A stretch of DNA of 64,000 bases from a virus, in the IMG/VR virus record IMGVR_UViG_3300045988_137804, positions 1 to 64,000 of that record. One strand, 5' to 3'. Within the stretch, counting starts at the first letter, position 1, and the number at the start of each line of letters is the position of its first letter. The notes under the pieces are model-generated. The model had not been told where the DNA came from, did no database searches, and saw only the letters and a list, made by a program, of their open reading frames with translations. Shown here piece by piece: positions 1-8,666 of this stretch. The position numbers were made by a program, and so were the translations under genes.

Positions 1-238
1 TCAAATTCACAGAAGTTTACCAGTTTCCAATCTTTTTTGAATGAATTTATGCTTTTATCAGTATTCATAAAAATCCCTTATTTATAGGGGATTGCGCAAT
101 CTCTTTATTCTAGAATTTACCTGTTTTCACCTTTCTTAATTTTAAAAACTCCTCGCTTTCAAGGCATTTGCAACTACCATGTGAAAGCATAAATTCATTC
201 AAAAAAGATTGGAAACTGGTAAACTTCTGTGAATTTGA
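1..238. repeat. Perfect 55-bp inverted repeat (arms 1-55 and 184-238) with a 128-bp spacer; the left arm runs to the window edge and may extend beyond it
   Basis: The reverse complement of nt 1-55 equals nt 184-238 exactly. The right arm is the 5' coding sequence of the methyltransferase ORF. The spacer contains the hairpin aatccc-N10-gggatt at about 75-100. Confidence 0.85.
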
Positions 239-1679
239 TAAGTATGCAACAAAATCATACTGTGCAATTCATGGTGTAGATGAATCATTGAATCTTGGTG
301 ATATTACAAAAGTTGATGAGACAAATCTTGAACAATTTAATATGATTTGTGGAGGTAGCCCGTGTCAGGATTTTTCTGTAGCAGGTAAACAAAAGGGTTC
401 TGTTTGGACTTGTAAAGAATGTGGACATGAATATAATCCATTAACAGTTCATTGGGCTGAACGTGATAAGTGTCCAAATTGCAACAGTGAAAATATTGAA
501 AAGACAAGATCATCATTACTTGTTGAATATTTAAGAGTTATCAGAGCAAATAAACCAAATTTTGGAATTTATGAGAATGTAAAGAACATTGTCGGTAGAC
601 AGTTTAAAGACACAACATTTAAATTGTTTACTGATGAGTTGGAAGAATACGGATATAACGTGTATTGGAAGGTGCTTAATGCAAAGAATTATGGTATTCC
701 ACAAAATAGGGAGCGTGTGTATCTGATTTTTATTAAGAAAGATTTGGATAATGGTAAGTTTAAATTTCCAGAACCATTTGATAATGGTGTTAGATTGAAA
801 GATTTATTGGAAGACGTTGTTGATCAAAAATATTATCTTAGCAAAGAAGTTCAAGATAGATTCAAGCTAACTGATGATACTTTTACAAAAAATATTATTG
901 GCACAACAAAACCAGAGTTTAGAACAATCGGTCAAAGAGATTTGGTATATCAGAAAGATTCCGTAATGGGTGCATTAGTAGCAATAGATTATAAGCAACC
1001 GAAACAGATTTTGGATAATGATATTAAAACAGTTGCAATTCCACAAGCCACCAAAAAAGGTTACATAGAATGTGAAATTGGTGGAGTTGCAGATTTATCA
1101 TATCCAGATTCTAAAACTAGACGTGGAAGAGTACAAGATGGTGGTAATATTTGTCCAACATTAACTGCTACAGAGACAGGTGTATGTAGAATCGAATCTG
1201 TTGAAGACAAGCCTAAAGAAAGATTTTTTAGACAAGCATTAGATACATTTGATGATTCCGATGCAGAATATGGAGATACAATTGATGCATTTAATAAAAG
1301 AGTAAATAAATCGGGCTGTTCACCTACATTAACGACAAGACCAGAAGGGTTTAAAACAGCTATTTTGCCAGTAACAAATAATTTACGAGTAAGAAAATTA
1401 ACTCCGAAAGAATGCTTTAGACTTATGGGATTTTCGGATGAAAATTTCAATGCAGCACATAATGCAGGTATTTCAAATTCGCAGTTGTATAAGCAAGCTG
1501 GAAATTCAATCGTGGTAGATGTTTTATATTACATATTTGTTGAGCTGTATAAAGCCATGCCATATCTTTTTGATGATTTAAAGTTAAGCAGTTTCTTCTC
1601 AGGAATCGGAGCATTTGAAGTGGCATTGGACAGATTATACAAAGGAATTAATTTTGGAAATTTTACAAATTCACATTAA
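168..1679 (+). CDS. DNA (cytosine-5) methyltransferase, orphan, N-terminally truncated (motif I FxGxGG absent); carries an inserted C4 zinc ribbon
   Basis: Motif IV GGSPCQDFSVAG, motif VI ENV, motif VIII QNRERVYLI, motif IX RLMGF and motif X YKQAGNSIVV are present. EFDKYATKSY resembles HhaI EWDKYAQEVY. A CKECGH...CPNC ribbon sits between motifs IV and VI. The ORF begins at TTG, and no frame of nt 57-183 encodes motif I. Confidence 0.8.
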   Translation: MQLPCESINSFKKDWKLVNFCEFDKYATKSYCAIHGVDESLNLGDITKVDETNLEQFNMICGGSPCQDFSVAGKQKGSVWTCKECGHEYNPLTVHWAERDKCPNCNSENIEKTRSSLLVEYLRVIRANKPNFGIYENVKNIVGRQFKDTTFKLFTDELEEYGYNVYWKVLNAKNYGIPQNRERVYLIFIKKDLDNGKFKFPEPFDNGVRLKDLLEDVVDQKYYLSKEVQDRFKLTDDTFTKNIIGTTKPEFRTIGQRDLVYQKDSVMGALVAIDYKQPKQILDNDIKTVAIPQATKKGYIECEIGGVADLSYPDSKTRRGRVQDGGNICPTLTATETGVCRIESVEDKPKERFFRQALDTFDDSDAEYGDTIDAFNKRVNKSGCSPTLTTRPEGFKTAILPVTNNLRVRKLTPKECFRLMGFSDENFNAAHNAGISNSQLYKQAGNSIVVDVLYYIFVELYKAMPYLFDDLKLSSFFSGIGAFEVALDRLYKGINFGNFTNSH

Positions 1680-1699
1680 GCGAAAGGAACTGTCTATAT

Positions 1700-1993
1700 A
1701 TGGATAATTATTGTCTTAAATATTCAATTTATATTTTTGACGAAGAAGGAAAACTTTATGATTTAGTACATTCTAAATTTGGAATAAAAATAATTATGCA
1801 TACGAAAGAGAAAGGTCATAAAGAACCACATGTGCATGTCAAGTACGAAAATAAAGAAGCAGTGCTAAGTTTGATAGATGGAAGATTTATGAAAGGAAAC
1901 ATACATCCAAACAAAAGGAAATATGCGGAAGAATGGGTAATGAATAACAAAGAGGAACTTCTAAAAAGGTATAAAGAAGTGATTGTTTTATGA
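1700..1993 (+). CDS. DUF4160-family small protein
   Basis: HKEPHVHVKYENKEA matches the DUF4160 HEPPHVHV signature. Its stop overlaps the next start (ATGA). Confidence 0.5.
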   Translation: MDNYCLKYSIYIFDEEGKLYDLVHSKFGIKIIMHTKEKGHKEPHVHVKYENKEAVLSLIDGRFMKGNIHPNKRKYAEEWVMNNKEELLKRYKEVIVL

Positions 1994-2247
1994 ATCACAT
2001 AGAGAACACAATAGCTGTAAAATATGAAAACTTTAAGGAGAGAATAAACATTATGACGATTAAATTTATTAAAGATGTTGTCTTCAAAGACCAAAAAGAA
2101 GACAGTGTAAAGATTAAAAAAGGAAAGATTCTCACAGCAAAGGTTGTAAGAAACGAAGATGGTAAGGAAGAATATGAGATTACTCATAGGAAAAATACAT
2201 TCATGATTCCATCTTCTATGAAAGATGTAGTATTTGAGATTTTGTAA
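1990..2247 (+). CDS. DUF2442-like partner of the DUF4160 protein
   Basis: An 85-aa ORF translationally coupled to the DUF4160 gene, matching the typical two-gene cassette arrangement. Confidence 0.35.
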   Translation: MNHIENTIAVKYENFKERINIMTIKFIKDVVFKDQKEDSVKIKKGKILTAKVVRNEDGKEEYEITHRKNTFMIPSSMKDVVFEIL

Positions 2248-2249
2248 AT

Positions 2250-2819
2250 TTGTTCAGATTCTTTTGGAGAATAAGTAAGTATACAAATAATGATTGCGAG
2301 GTATATAAAATGCTTAACAAAGAACAAAAGAATCTGGTGGAAGAAAATTATAATCTTACATATAAATATGCAAAAGATCACAAGTTGGATATGGAAGAAT
2401 TCAGTGGATTGCTTTCTATTGGTTTGTGTAAAGCTGCGTTAAATTACGATTCAGATAAAACAAAGTTCTCTACGTTTGCATACAGATGTATGGGAAATGA
2501 AGTAAGTAATTATCTGAGAAAAGTTAATGCAGGTAAATACTTGAGACATGATGAAGTATATTCCATGGAAGCATTGAATGAAAACGAGAATAGAGCTATA
2601 GAAGAGACATTTCTTATGACTTCATCGGAGAATATTGAGATAGACTATATGTTCAAGGCTAAGTTTCAGAAAGAATATGACAAGCTGAAAGACCAGGTTA
2701 AGAACATTGTTGCTCTCAAATATCATGGATACACAAACAATGAAGTTGCAGAAATTATGAATATAAAAGCATCTACTATAAGTATGGCTTTGAAAAAGTT
2801 CAAATATGCGCTGGTATAA
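2250..2819 (+). CDS. Sigma-70 family (ECF-like) RNA polymerase sigma factor; the true start is probably the Met at 2310
   Basis: Region 2-like LSIGLCKAALNYD...FSTFAYRCMGNEVSNYLRK, and a region-4 HTH VALKYHGYTNNEVAEIMNIKASTISMALKKF. Confidence 0.65.
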   Translation: MFRFFWRISKYTNNDCEVYKMLNKEQKNLVEENYNLTYKYAKDHKLDMEEFSGLLSIGLCKAALNYDSDKTKFSTFAYRCMGNEVSNYLRKVNAGKYLRHDEVYSMEALNENENRAIEETFLMTSSENIEIDYMFKAKFQKEYDKLKDQVKNIVALKYHGYTNNEVAEIMNIKASTISMALKKFKYALV

Positions 2820-2977
2820 ATGCTATATTATGAGATATATAGATAATATTGTGTGTTGCAATAAATCGTAATACTACATGTAGTATATAAATATATCATC
2901 ACACACTATATATAGTATTAAAATATAGATGAAATGCGAATTTCATTGGTGGAGAATATATAAGCGGAGGTGATAAC

Positions 2978-3502
2978 GTGGGAACAAATTATTACATGAT
3001 GATGAAGGACAAGGAACTTGCAATGAAGTATTTCGATAATGAGTACGAGCTTACAGATACTCCGTATTTTGGCTATGAAGTACATATCATGAAACTGAGT
3101 TATGGTTGGAAACCTTTATTTGAGTGGCATGGGAATGCGTATAAATCAGTAGAAGATATGCTAAAGTTCTTGGAATTTCATAGAATGGATATTGATATTT
3201 TTGACGAATATAATCGAGAATATACCATTGAAGAATTAAAAGAAGAGTTCGTAAGTCATAAAAATGTAAAACCAAGATATATGAAACATATTCCAGAAGG
3301 CATTCCGAATCATACATTTGGTGGTAGAGATTATTTAGCTGAGTCCACTGAGGATGATTATGACATTAAAATGCCATATGACCATGTAGAGTATCATAAA
3401 TTAGATCCTTACAATGAAAAAAGATGGATAGATGAAAGTAGAGAGCCATTATATTTTCACGATAAGGATGGTTATGATTTTACGAAAGGATGGTTCGAAT
3501 AA
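2978..3502 (+). CDS. hypothetical protein (GTG start)
   Basis: An ORF with the RBS aagcggagg upstream; no recognisable motif. Confidence 0.4.
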   Translation: MGTNYYMMMKDKELAMKYFDNEYELTDTPYFGYEVHIMKLSYGWKPLFEWHGNAYKSVEDMLKFLEFHRMDIDIFDEYNREYTIEELKEEFVSHKNVKPRYMKHIPEGIPNHTFGGRDYLAESTEDDYDIKMPYDHVEYHKLDPYNEKRWIDESREPLYFHDKDGYDFTKGWFE

Positions 3503-3612
3503 TGAATAAACCAACATTATGGGTTATGGTTGGCTTGTCTGGAAGTGGTAAATCAAGTGTTGCAAAAGAAATCGCAGAGAATAATCCTAAGAAGGAGATG
3601 AATAACAAATAA
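3502..3612 (+). pseudogene. 36-aa remnant of a P-loop kinase (polynucleotide-kinase-like Walker A) truncated by the downstream homing endonuclease
   Basis: MNKPTLWVMVGLSGSGKSSVAKEIAENNPK resembles the T4 Pnk N-terminus ([20 protein letters not shown]); a stop codon follows immediately. Confidence 0.45.
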
Positions 3613-3641
3613 CAAAAAGAAAAATTTATTGTGGAATATAT

Positions 3642-4477
3642 ATGATACGCAATAAAATAAACGATAAAAAATATATAGGTCAAAGTATAGATATATGGTA
3701 TAGATATAGAAATCATTTGAGTGAATCATATAATGTAAACAAAAAAGCTTACAATATGGCAATTCATAAGGCGATAAGAAAATATGGTAAAAGTAATTTT
3801 GAATTAATTGTTTTAGAAGAATGTCCAAAAGAAAAATTAAATGAACGAGAAATTTATTGGATAGAATATTACGATACATACAATGATGGTTACAATCAAA
3901 CAATTGGTGGGGATACATTAAAAAATACAATTGATAGAGCAAATATATATATCGTCTGTGGGATGAAGGAAAATCTATTAAAGACATTCGTGAAATAACT
4001 AAGCATGGAAAACATCAAATTATTCGTATTTTAGAAGGTTATGATAAATATTCACCTGAAGAAAGCAAGAGAAGAGGATTTTCGTCTGCTTCAAAGACTA
4101 GGGGCAAAACTGTGTATAGATATCAAATGAATGGTGAATATATAGATGAATTTTGGTCAATTGCTGAAGCCGGAAGAAAAACAGGAACAAGAAATACAGA
4201 TATAAGTTTATGCTTAAATGGTTCTCAACAATCTGCAAATAATTATAGATGGAGTTTTGAGAAAAAAGATAATATCGGAGAATACAAAGCGGAGATGGCA
4301 AACAAAAAGAAAGCAGTTATAAAATATGATGAGGACAATAATTTTATTGAAGAATTTGCATCAATTACAGATGCGGCGAAATCAGTAGGGCTAAAAGGTT
4401 TATCTGGAATAATAAAATCATGTGAAAAAGATGTTTTGTGCAAAGGGTATAAGTGGAAATATAAATATCAAATCTAA
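3642..4477 (+). pseudogene. GIY-YIG homing endonuclease (I-TevI-like, with two NUMOD1/IENR DNA-binding repeats) split into two frames at an (AT)5 tract at 3943-3952
   Basis: The N-terminal part in frame 0 (3642-3998) reads KYIGQS...YRYRNH...NFELIVLE...REIYWIEYY...GYN. The C-terminal part in frame 2 (open from 3938 to 4477) reads VYRYQMNGEYIDEFWSIAEAGRKTG...SLCLNG and AVIKYDEDNNFIEEFASITDAAKSVG... Confidence 0.6.
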
Positions 4478-4552
4478 GGAACGTTGGAAGAAAAGGTTTG
4501 GAGAATATAAATATCAGATGCTTTTGGATTTTCATGAATGTGATAAAGTGAG

Positions 4553-4909
4553 GTGAGATACATGAGATGTAATACAGATTTGGAGACTTGGCTGCATGAT
4601 TTCGAAGACGATATATTCCGTATCTTAGTTTACAGAAAGCCTGGTCAGTATACTCCATACGAAGTGGAGAATAAGTTTAGTGATGAGTCTTTATATGTAG
4701 ACAATGAATACAAGAAAGTATTTATTGAAGACGTAATTGAACTACCGGACAAAGATGTTCTGATTGGATTTAGAGAAGTTCTTGATGTGAATCAAAATAA
4801 AGACGGAGAATATGAATGTGAGTTGGCAGATAGCATTGAATATTATAAGCTTTCTGAAATTAAACTGGAATGTTTTAAATGTGATCAAGTGATTGGAGGT
4901 GAGTTCTAA
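4553..4909 (+). CDS. hypothetical protein
   Basis: ORF only. Confidence 0.3.
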   Translation: MRYMRCNTDLETWLHDFEDDIFRILVYRKPGQYTPYEVENKFSDESLYVDNEYKKVFIEDVIELPDKDVLIGFREVLDVNQNKDGEYECELADSIEYYKLSEIKLECFKCDQVIGGEF

Positions 4910-5169
4910 TGGATATTTTCCAAAACATTGTATTGATCTTCATGGGAGTATTGCTCTTAGGAATTTTGGTTGCATTTTCAATCCTATTAGAGAAGTTCAT
5001 GGAGCTGTCAGACGAAGTACATAAGAAACTCTTTGAAATGTCAGTAGAGAATAATACAAATGTAGATGATGGATTCATTCTTGGAGATGAGTTCTTGACA
5101 GAAGACGAATTGACAAATGAAAGCGATGAAGATTCAAGAGAAGAATTCGGAATTTATTCTGAACGATAA
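4909..5169 (+). CDS. small membrane protein with an acidic C-terminus
   Basis: A transmembrane segment IVLIFMGVLLLGILVAFSILL followed by an acidic tail; ATG overlaps the previous stop. Confidence 0.3.
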   Translation: MDIFQNIVLIFMGVLLLGILVAFSILLEKFMELSDEVHKKLFEMSVENNTNVDDGFILGDEFLTEDELTNESDEDSREEFGIYSER

Positions 5170-5384
5170 AAGAGTAATAGTATTATGGTTATACGTCAGA
5201 TATGAGGACAAATTCTTGCCGTAATCGTTCAAGATTAACAATTGGATACTGAAAAATAAAGAACTGAATTTGCTCTATGTATATATCAAATAGTAAGCAA
5301 TATATGATGTATTTTTGGACTTAAATTAGCTTAATTAAACTAACTAATTTTTGTATAAATATTTAAAAAAGAGGAGAAAGAAAA

Positions 5385-6965
5385 ATGGTAAATGAGATTA
5401 TTAATGGACTTGGTGTTTTAGTTCCTGTAGTGATTGTAGGAGCAGGTGGAATTGGAATTGTTGGTTCTGGATATGTAAAAGCATCGCCAGATAAAGCCTA
5501 TATCATTTCTGGTTTAAGAAAAGATCCAAAAGTTCTTATTGGAAAAGCTGGGCTTAAGATTCCATTCTTTGAAAAGAAAGACGAGCTAAATCTTCAGTTA
5601 ATTCCAATTGATGTAAAAACATCAAGTGCAGTTCCAACAGCAGATTACATCAACATTAACGTTGATGCAGCAGTAAACGTAAAGGTAAGTAGCGACACAG
5701 AAAGACTTAAACTTGCAGCAGAGAACTTTCTTAATAAACCAACTGACTACATTGGACAGGTTGCAAGAGAAGTTCTTGAGGGTAATATGCGTGAGATTGT
5801 TGGCAAAATGAACTTGGAAGAAATGGTTTCCGATCGTCAGAAGTTTGCAGAACTCGTAAAAGAAAATGCCGAACCAGATCTTGCTGCAATGGGACTCGAC
5901 ATTGTGAGCTTCAATGTACAGAATTTTGTTGATGAAAATGGAGTAATTGAAAATCTTGGTGTTGACAACATTGTTAAAATTCAGAAAAATGCAGCTATTT
6001 CAAGAGCTGATAGCGAAAAAGAAATTGCCAAGGCTCGTGCTATGGCTAAAAAAGAAGCGAATGATGCAGAGGTAACTTCTGAATTGGAAATTGCAAATGC
6101 TCAGGCTGAAGCACAGAAGAAGAAAGCAATTGTACAGGCTAACGCAGATAGAGAGTCAAGAGAAGCTCAAATTGCAGCAGACACACTTATTGCACAGAAA
6201 GAAAATGAACTTGAAATTAAAAAAGCAGAACTTCAGAAAGATGCTGATACGAAAAAGGCTTCAGCAGATGCAGCTTATAGTATTCAGGAAGAAAATGAAA
6301 GAAAATCTGTGGAGATTGCTACGGCAGATGCTAATCTTGCTAAACAGGAAAAAGCTGTGGAGATTAAAGAGAAAGAGATTGCACTCACAGAAAAAACTCT
6401 TGAAGCTACTGTAAAGAAACAGGCTGAAGCAGAAAAATATGCAAAACAGCAGGAAGCAGATGCAAGACTGTATGAAACACAGAGAAAATCAGAAGCAAAT
6501 CTTTTTGAGAGACAGAAAAATGCTGAAGCAGAGAAGTTTGAACGTGAGAAAGAAGCTGAAGCTATGAAAGCAACAGCAGAAGCTAACAAATATGCTATGG
6601 AACAGGAAGCAGAAGGTATTCGTAGTAAAGGACAGGCTGAAGCCGATGCAATCAAAGCAAAAGCTCTTGCAGAAGCAGAAGGTATTCAGAAGAAAGCAGA
6701 AGCAATGAAACAGATGGGTGAAGCAGCAGTTCTTGATATGTATTTCAAAGCTATGCCAGAAATCGCCAAGAATATCGCAGAACCTCTTGCCAAAGTTGAC
6801 AAAATTACAATGTATGGAGATGGAAACTCTTCAAAATTGATGAAAGATATCATGAACACTCTTAATCAGGTTACAGATGGTATGAAAGAGTCAACTGGAA
6901 TCGACTTAAATTCTATTCTTGCAGGTTTTGCAGGTGCTAAAATTGCTGAATCTACAGACAAATAA
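5385..6965 (+). CDS. Flotillin-like SPFH/band-7 protein (FloT/YuaG-like)
   Basis: An N-terminal transmembrane segment, an SPFH core (IPIDVKTSSAVPTADYININVDAAVNVKV), a long EA-rich coiled coil and a flotillin C-terminus; a strong RBS aagaggag lies upstream. Confidence 0.75.
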   Translation: MVNEIINGLGVLVPVVIVGAGGIGIVGSGYVKASPDKAYIISGLRKDPKVLIGKAGLKIPFFEKKDELNLQLIPIDVKTSSAVPTADYININVDAAVNVKVSSDTERLKLAAENFLNKPTDYIGQVAREVLEGNMREIVGKMNLEEMVSDRQKFAELVKENAEPDLAAMGLDIVSFNVQNFVDENGVIENLGVDNIVKIQKNAAISRADSEKEIAKARAMAKKEANDAEVTSELEIANAQAEAQKKKAIVQANADRESREAQIAADTLIAQKENELEIKKAELQKDADTKKASADAAYSIQEENERKSVEIATADANLAKQEKAVEIKEKEIALTEKTLEATVKKQAEAEKYAKQQEADARLYETQRKSEANLFERQKNAEAEKFEREKEAEAMKATAEANKYAMEQEAEGIRSKGQAEADAIKAKALAEAEGIQKKAEAMKQMGEAAVLDMYFKAMPEIAKNIAEPLAKVDKITMYGDGNSSKLMKDIMNTLNQVTDGMKESTGIDLNSILAGFAGAKIAESTDK

Positions 6966-6998
6966 TCTGTACATAGTTTAATTTTACACATTCCAACT

Positions 6999-7535
6999 TT
7001 GCATAGTGTCACAGCTATGCAGAGTATTTCTAAAAATAATATGAGAGGAAGTGATTGTGTGGTTAATTTAGAACCACGGATGATGCAAAAAGTACAAAAG
7101 TGTTTAGAAACACATGTTGGTGGTGAAGCATATTTTAATGAATTAGACGCTGCGATTAAATCAGATGAAAATCTTTTGAAGTCTTTCATTAATCGCATTG
7201 TCATAGAAACGAAGTGTCGCAACTTTGTAATGTCAGGTGAAATTGGTGTTGTATATTCTAAATTATATTCATACGATGACATTCATTTGTTGTTGCTGCC
7301 AGGTGGCTTGAGACACGATAAAGAAATTCCTTATGACATTGGGAGAATATATGAAGGAATGGAATTTGTATTCGTAGACGATTCATATTACTCAGGAAAA
7401 ACTTTGAATGCTGTGAAGAAATATATGGAATCTACTGGTGCAAAAATCATTGCAAATTATGTTTTCTACGATGGTAGCAGAGAAAATAAAGATAATGTGA
7501 GATCAATTTACAGATATTATGATCATCACGAATAA
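6999..7535 (+). CDS. Phosphoribosyltransferase (PRTase type I) domain protein; start uncertain (candidate Met codons at 7042 and 7077)
   Basis: PRPP-binding-like motif EFVFVDDSYYSGKTLNAV. Confidence 0.45.
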   Translation: MHSVTAMQSISKNNMRGSDCVVNLEPRMMQKVQKCLETHVGGEAYFNELDAAIKSDENLLKSFINRIVIETKCRNFVMSGEIGVVYSKLYSYDDIHLLLLPGGLRHDKEIPYDIGRIYEGMEFVFVDDSYYSGKTLNAVKKYMESTGAKIIANYVFYDGSRENKDNVRSIYRYYDHHE

Positions 7536-7549
7536 GGAGAATAACATAT

Positions 7550-7747
7550 ATGGGAAGAAAATTCAGATGGTTGGATGCAATCAGGACAATGAATGTAAAT
7601 GATCTTGCACCATATTTAATAAAGGAATGTTTCAATTTTCATGATGGAACATGGTGGTCATCTCCAAGTGGTAATAAATTTGATTATCATGATGATGCTC
7701 TTGAAGATTGTATTCGGTGGTTAAATTCTAAATATGATGGGAGATAA
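7550..7747 (+). CDS. hypothetical protein
   Basis: ORF with the RBS ataaggaga. Confidence 0.3.
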   Translation: MGRKFRWLDAIRTMNVNDLAPYLIKECFNFHDGTWWSSPSGNKFDYHDDALEDCIRWLNSKYDGR

Positions 7748-7755
7748 TAATTATT

Positions 7756-8127
7756 ATGGGATGGTATGAAGAGTACAAGACTGATGAATATATAAAAAGT
7801 CTCCAGTCTGTAGTAGAAGGATTAAAAACAAAAGATAAGACAATTAATTCACTACAAGAAGAGAATAATAGATTGAGAGATGAACATTACAAGGATGGAG
7901 AGTTAAAGAAATTGCAAGAAAAAATTGATAAGTTGCAAGGCGACTGTAATAGAGGATTTCCAATTAGTTTCAATGAGCAAGAAGTGATTGATGAATTTCG
8001 AGAAGAACACAAGAAGGAATGTCCTCATTGTAGCTTCAAATACATATTTGAGCCTTATTCGATTGTTGAGTTTGGATATCTAAAATGCAATGTTTGTGGT
8101 GAAGAAATAAAATTTGCAGAACGGTGA
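7756..8127 (+). CDS. hypothetical coiled-coil protein with a C-terminal zinc ribbon
   Basis: CPHCSF...CNVCGEE. Confidence 0.3.
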   Translation: MGWYEEYKTDEYIKSLQSVVEGLKTKDKTINSLQEENNRLRDEHYKDGELKKLQEKIDKLQGDCNRGFPISFNEQEVIDEFREEHKKECPHCSFKYIFEPYSIVEFGYLKCNVCGEEIKFAER

Positions 8128-8169
8128 TGGAGAATAAGTAATTAAAGGTTATAGAAAGGAGTTTGTGAA

Positions 8170-8592
8170 ATGAGATTTTCTGAAGCAATCGAACATCTTC
8201 TTAACGGAGAACGCATAAAGGAAGCGTGTTGGGAAAATGGTTATTACATCAAGCTGGAAAACGACAAAATTGTGGATTGTGATGGATCAGCAGAAGTGTT
8301 CGATAGTAAAGACATTATATCTAACGATTGGGAGCTATATCAGCCTAAATTAGATGTAGGTGCGGTTATTCAATACAATGACGGTACAATCGGAATTGTG
8401 CTTAGTTTATCTGAACTAGATAAGGAATACATCATTTTAGATGAGAATTGGTGCGTAGAAACAGTGAATGAAAGCCAGGTTTCATTAATCAATATTGACT
8501 ATGGAAAAGTTAGTTTGCATGAAGATTCTGCGAGTAAAAATCTCAAAAGTATAGTTTTATCATTACAGATGATTTCAGAGTTAGTAAATTAA
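8170..8592 (+). CDS. hypothetical protein
   Basis: ORF with the RBS aaaggag. Confidence 0.3.
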   Translation: MRFSEAIEHLLNGERIKEACWENGYYIKLENDKIVDCDGSAEVFDSKDIISNDWELYQPKLDVGAVIQYNDGTIGIVLSLSELDKEYIILDENWCVETVNESQVSLINIDYGKVSLHEDSASKNLKSIVLSLQMISELVN

Positions 8593-8666
8593 TGATTTTA
8601 TCCACTACGAAGTGGAGAATAAATAAGTATAAAGTTTAAGTTTCAAAGATTAAAGGAGAAAACATT

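Noticed and set aside
1061-1450. 129-aa antisense ORF within the methyltransferase gene
   Set aside because: It is fully contained on the opposite strand of a gene with clear motifs; no start context.
6091-6655. ORFs 6091-6414 (+) and 6284-6655 (-) inside the flotillin gene
   Set aside because: They are alternative-frame products of the EA-rich coiled-coil repeat (Lys/Arg-rich or Ala/Ser-rich low complexity); the flotillin frame has the RBS and domain logic.
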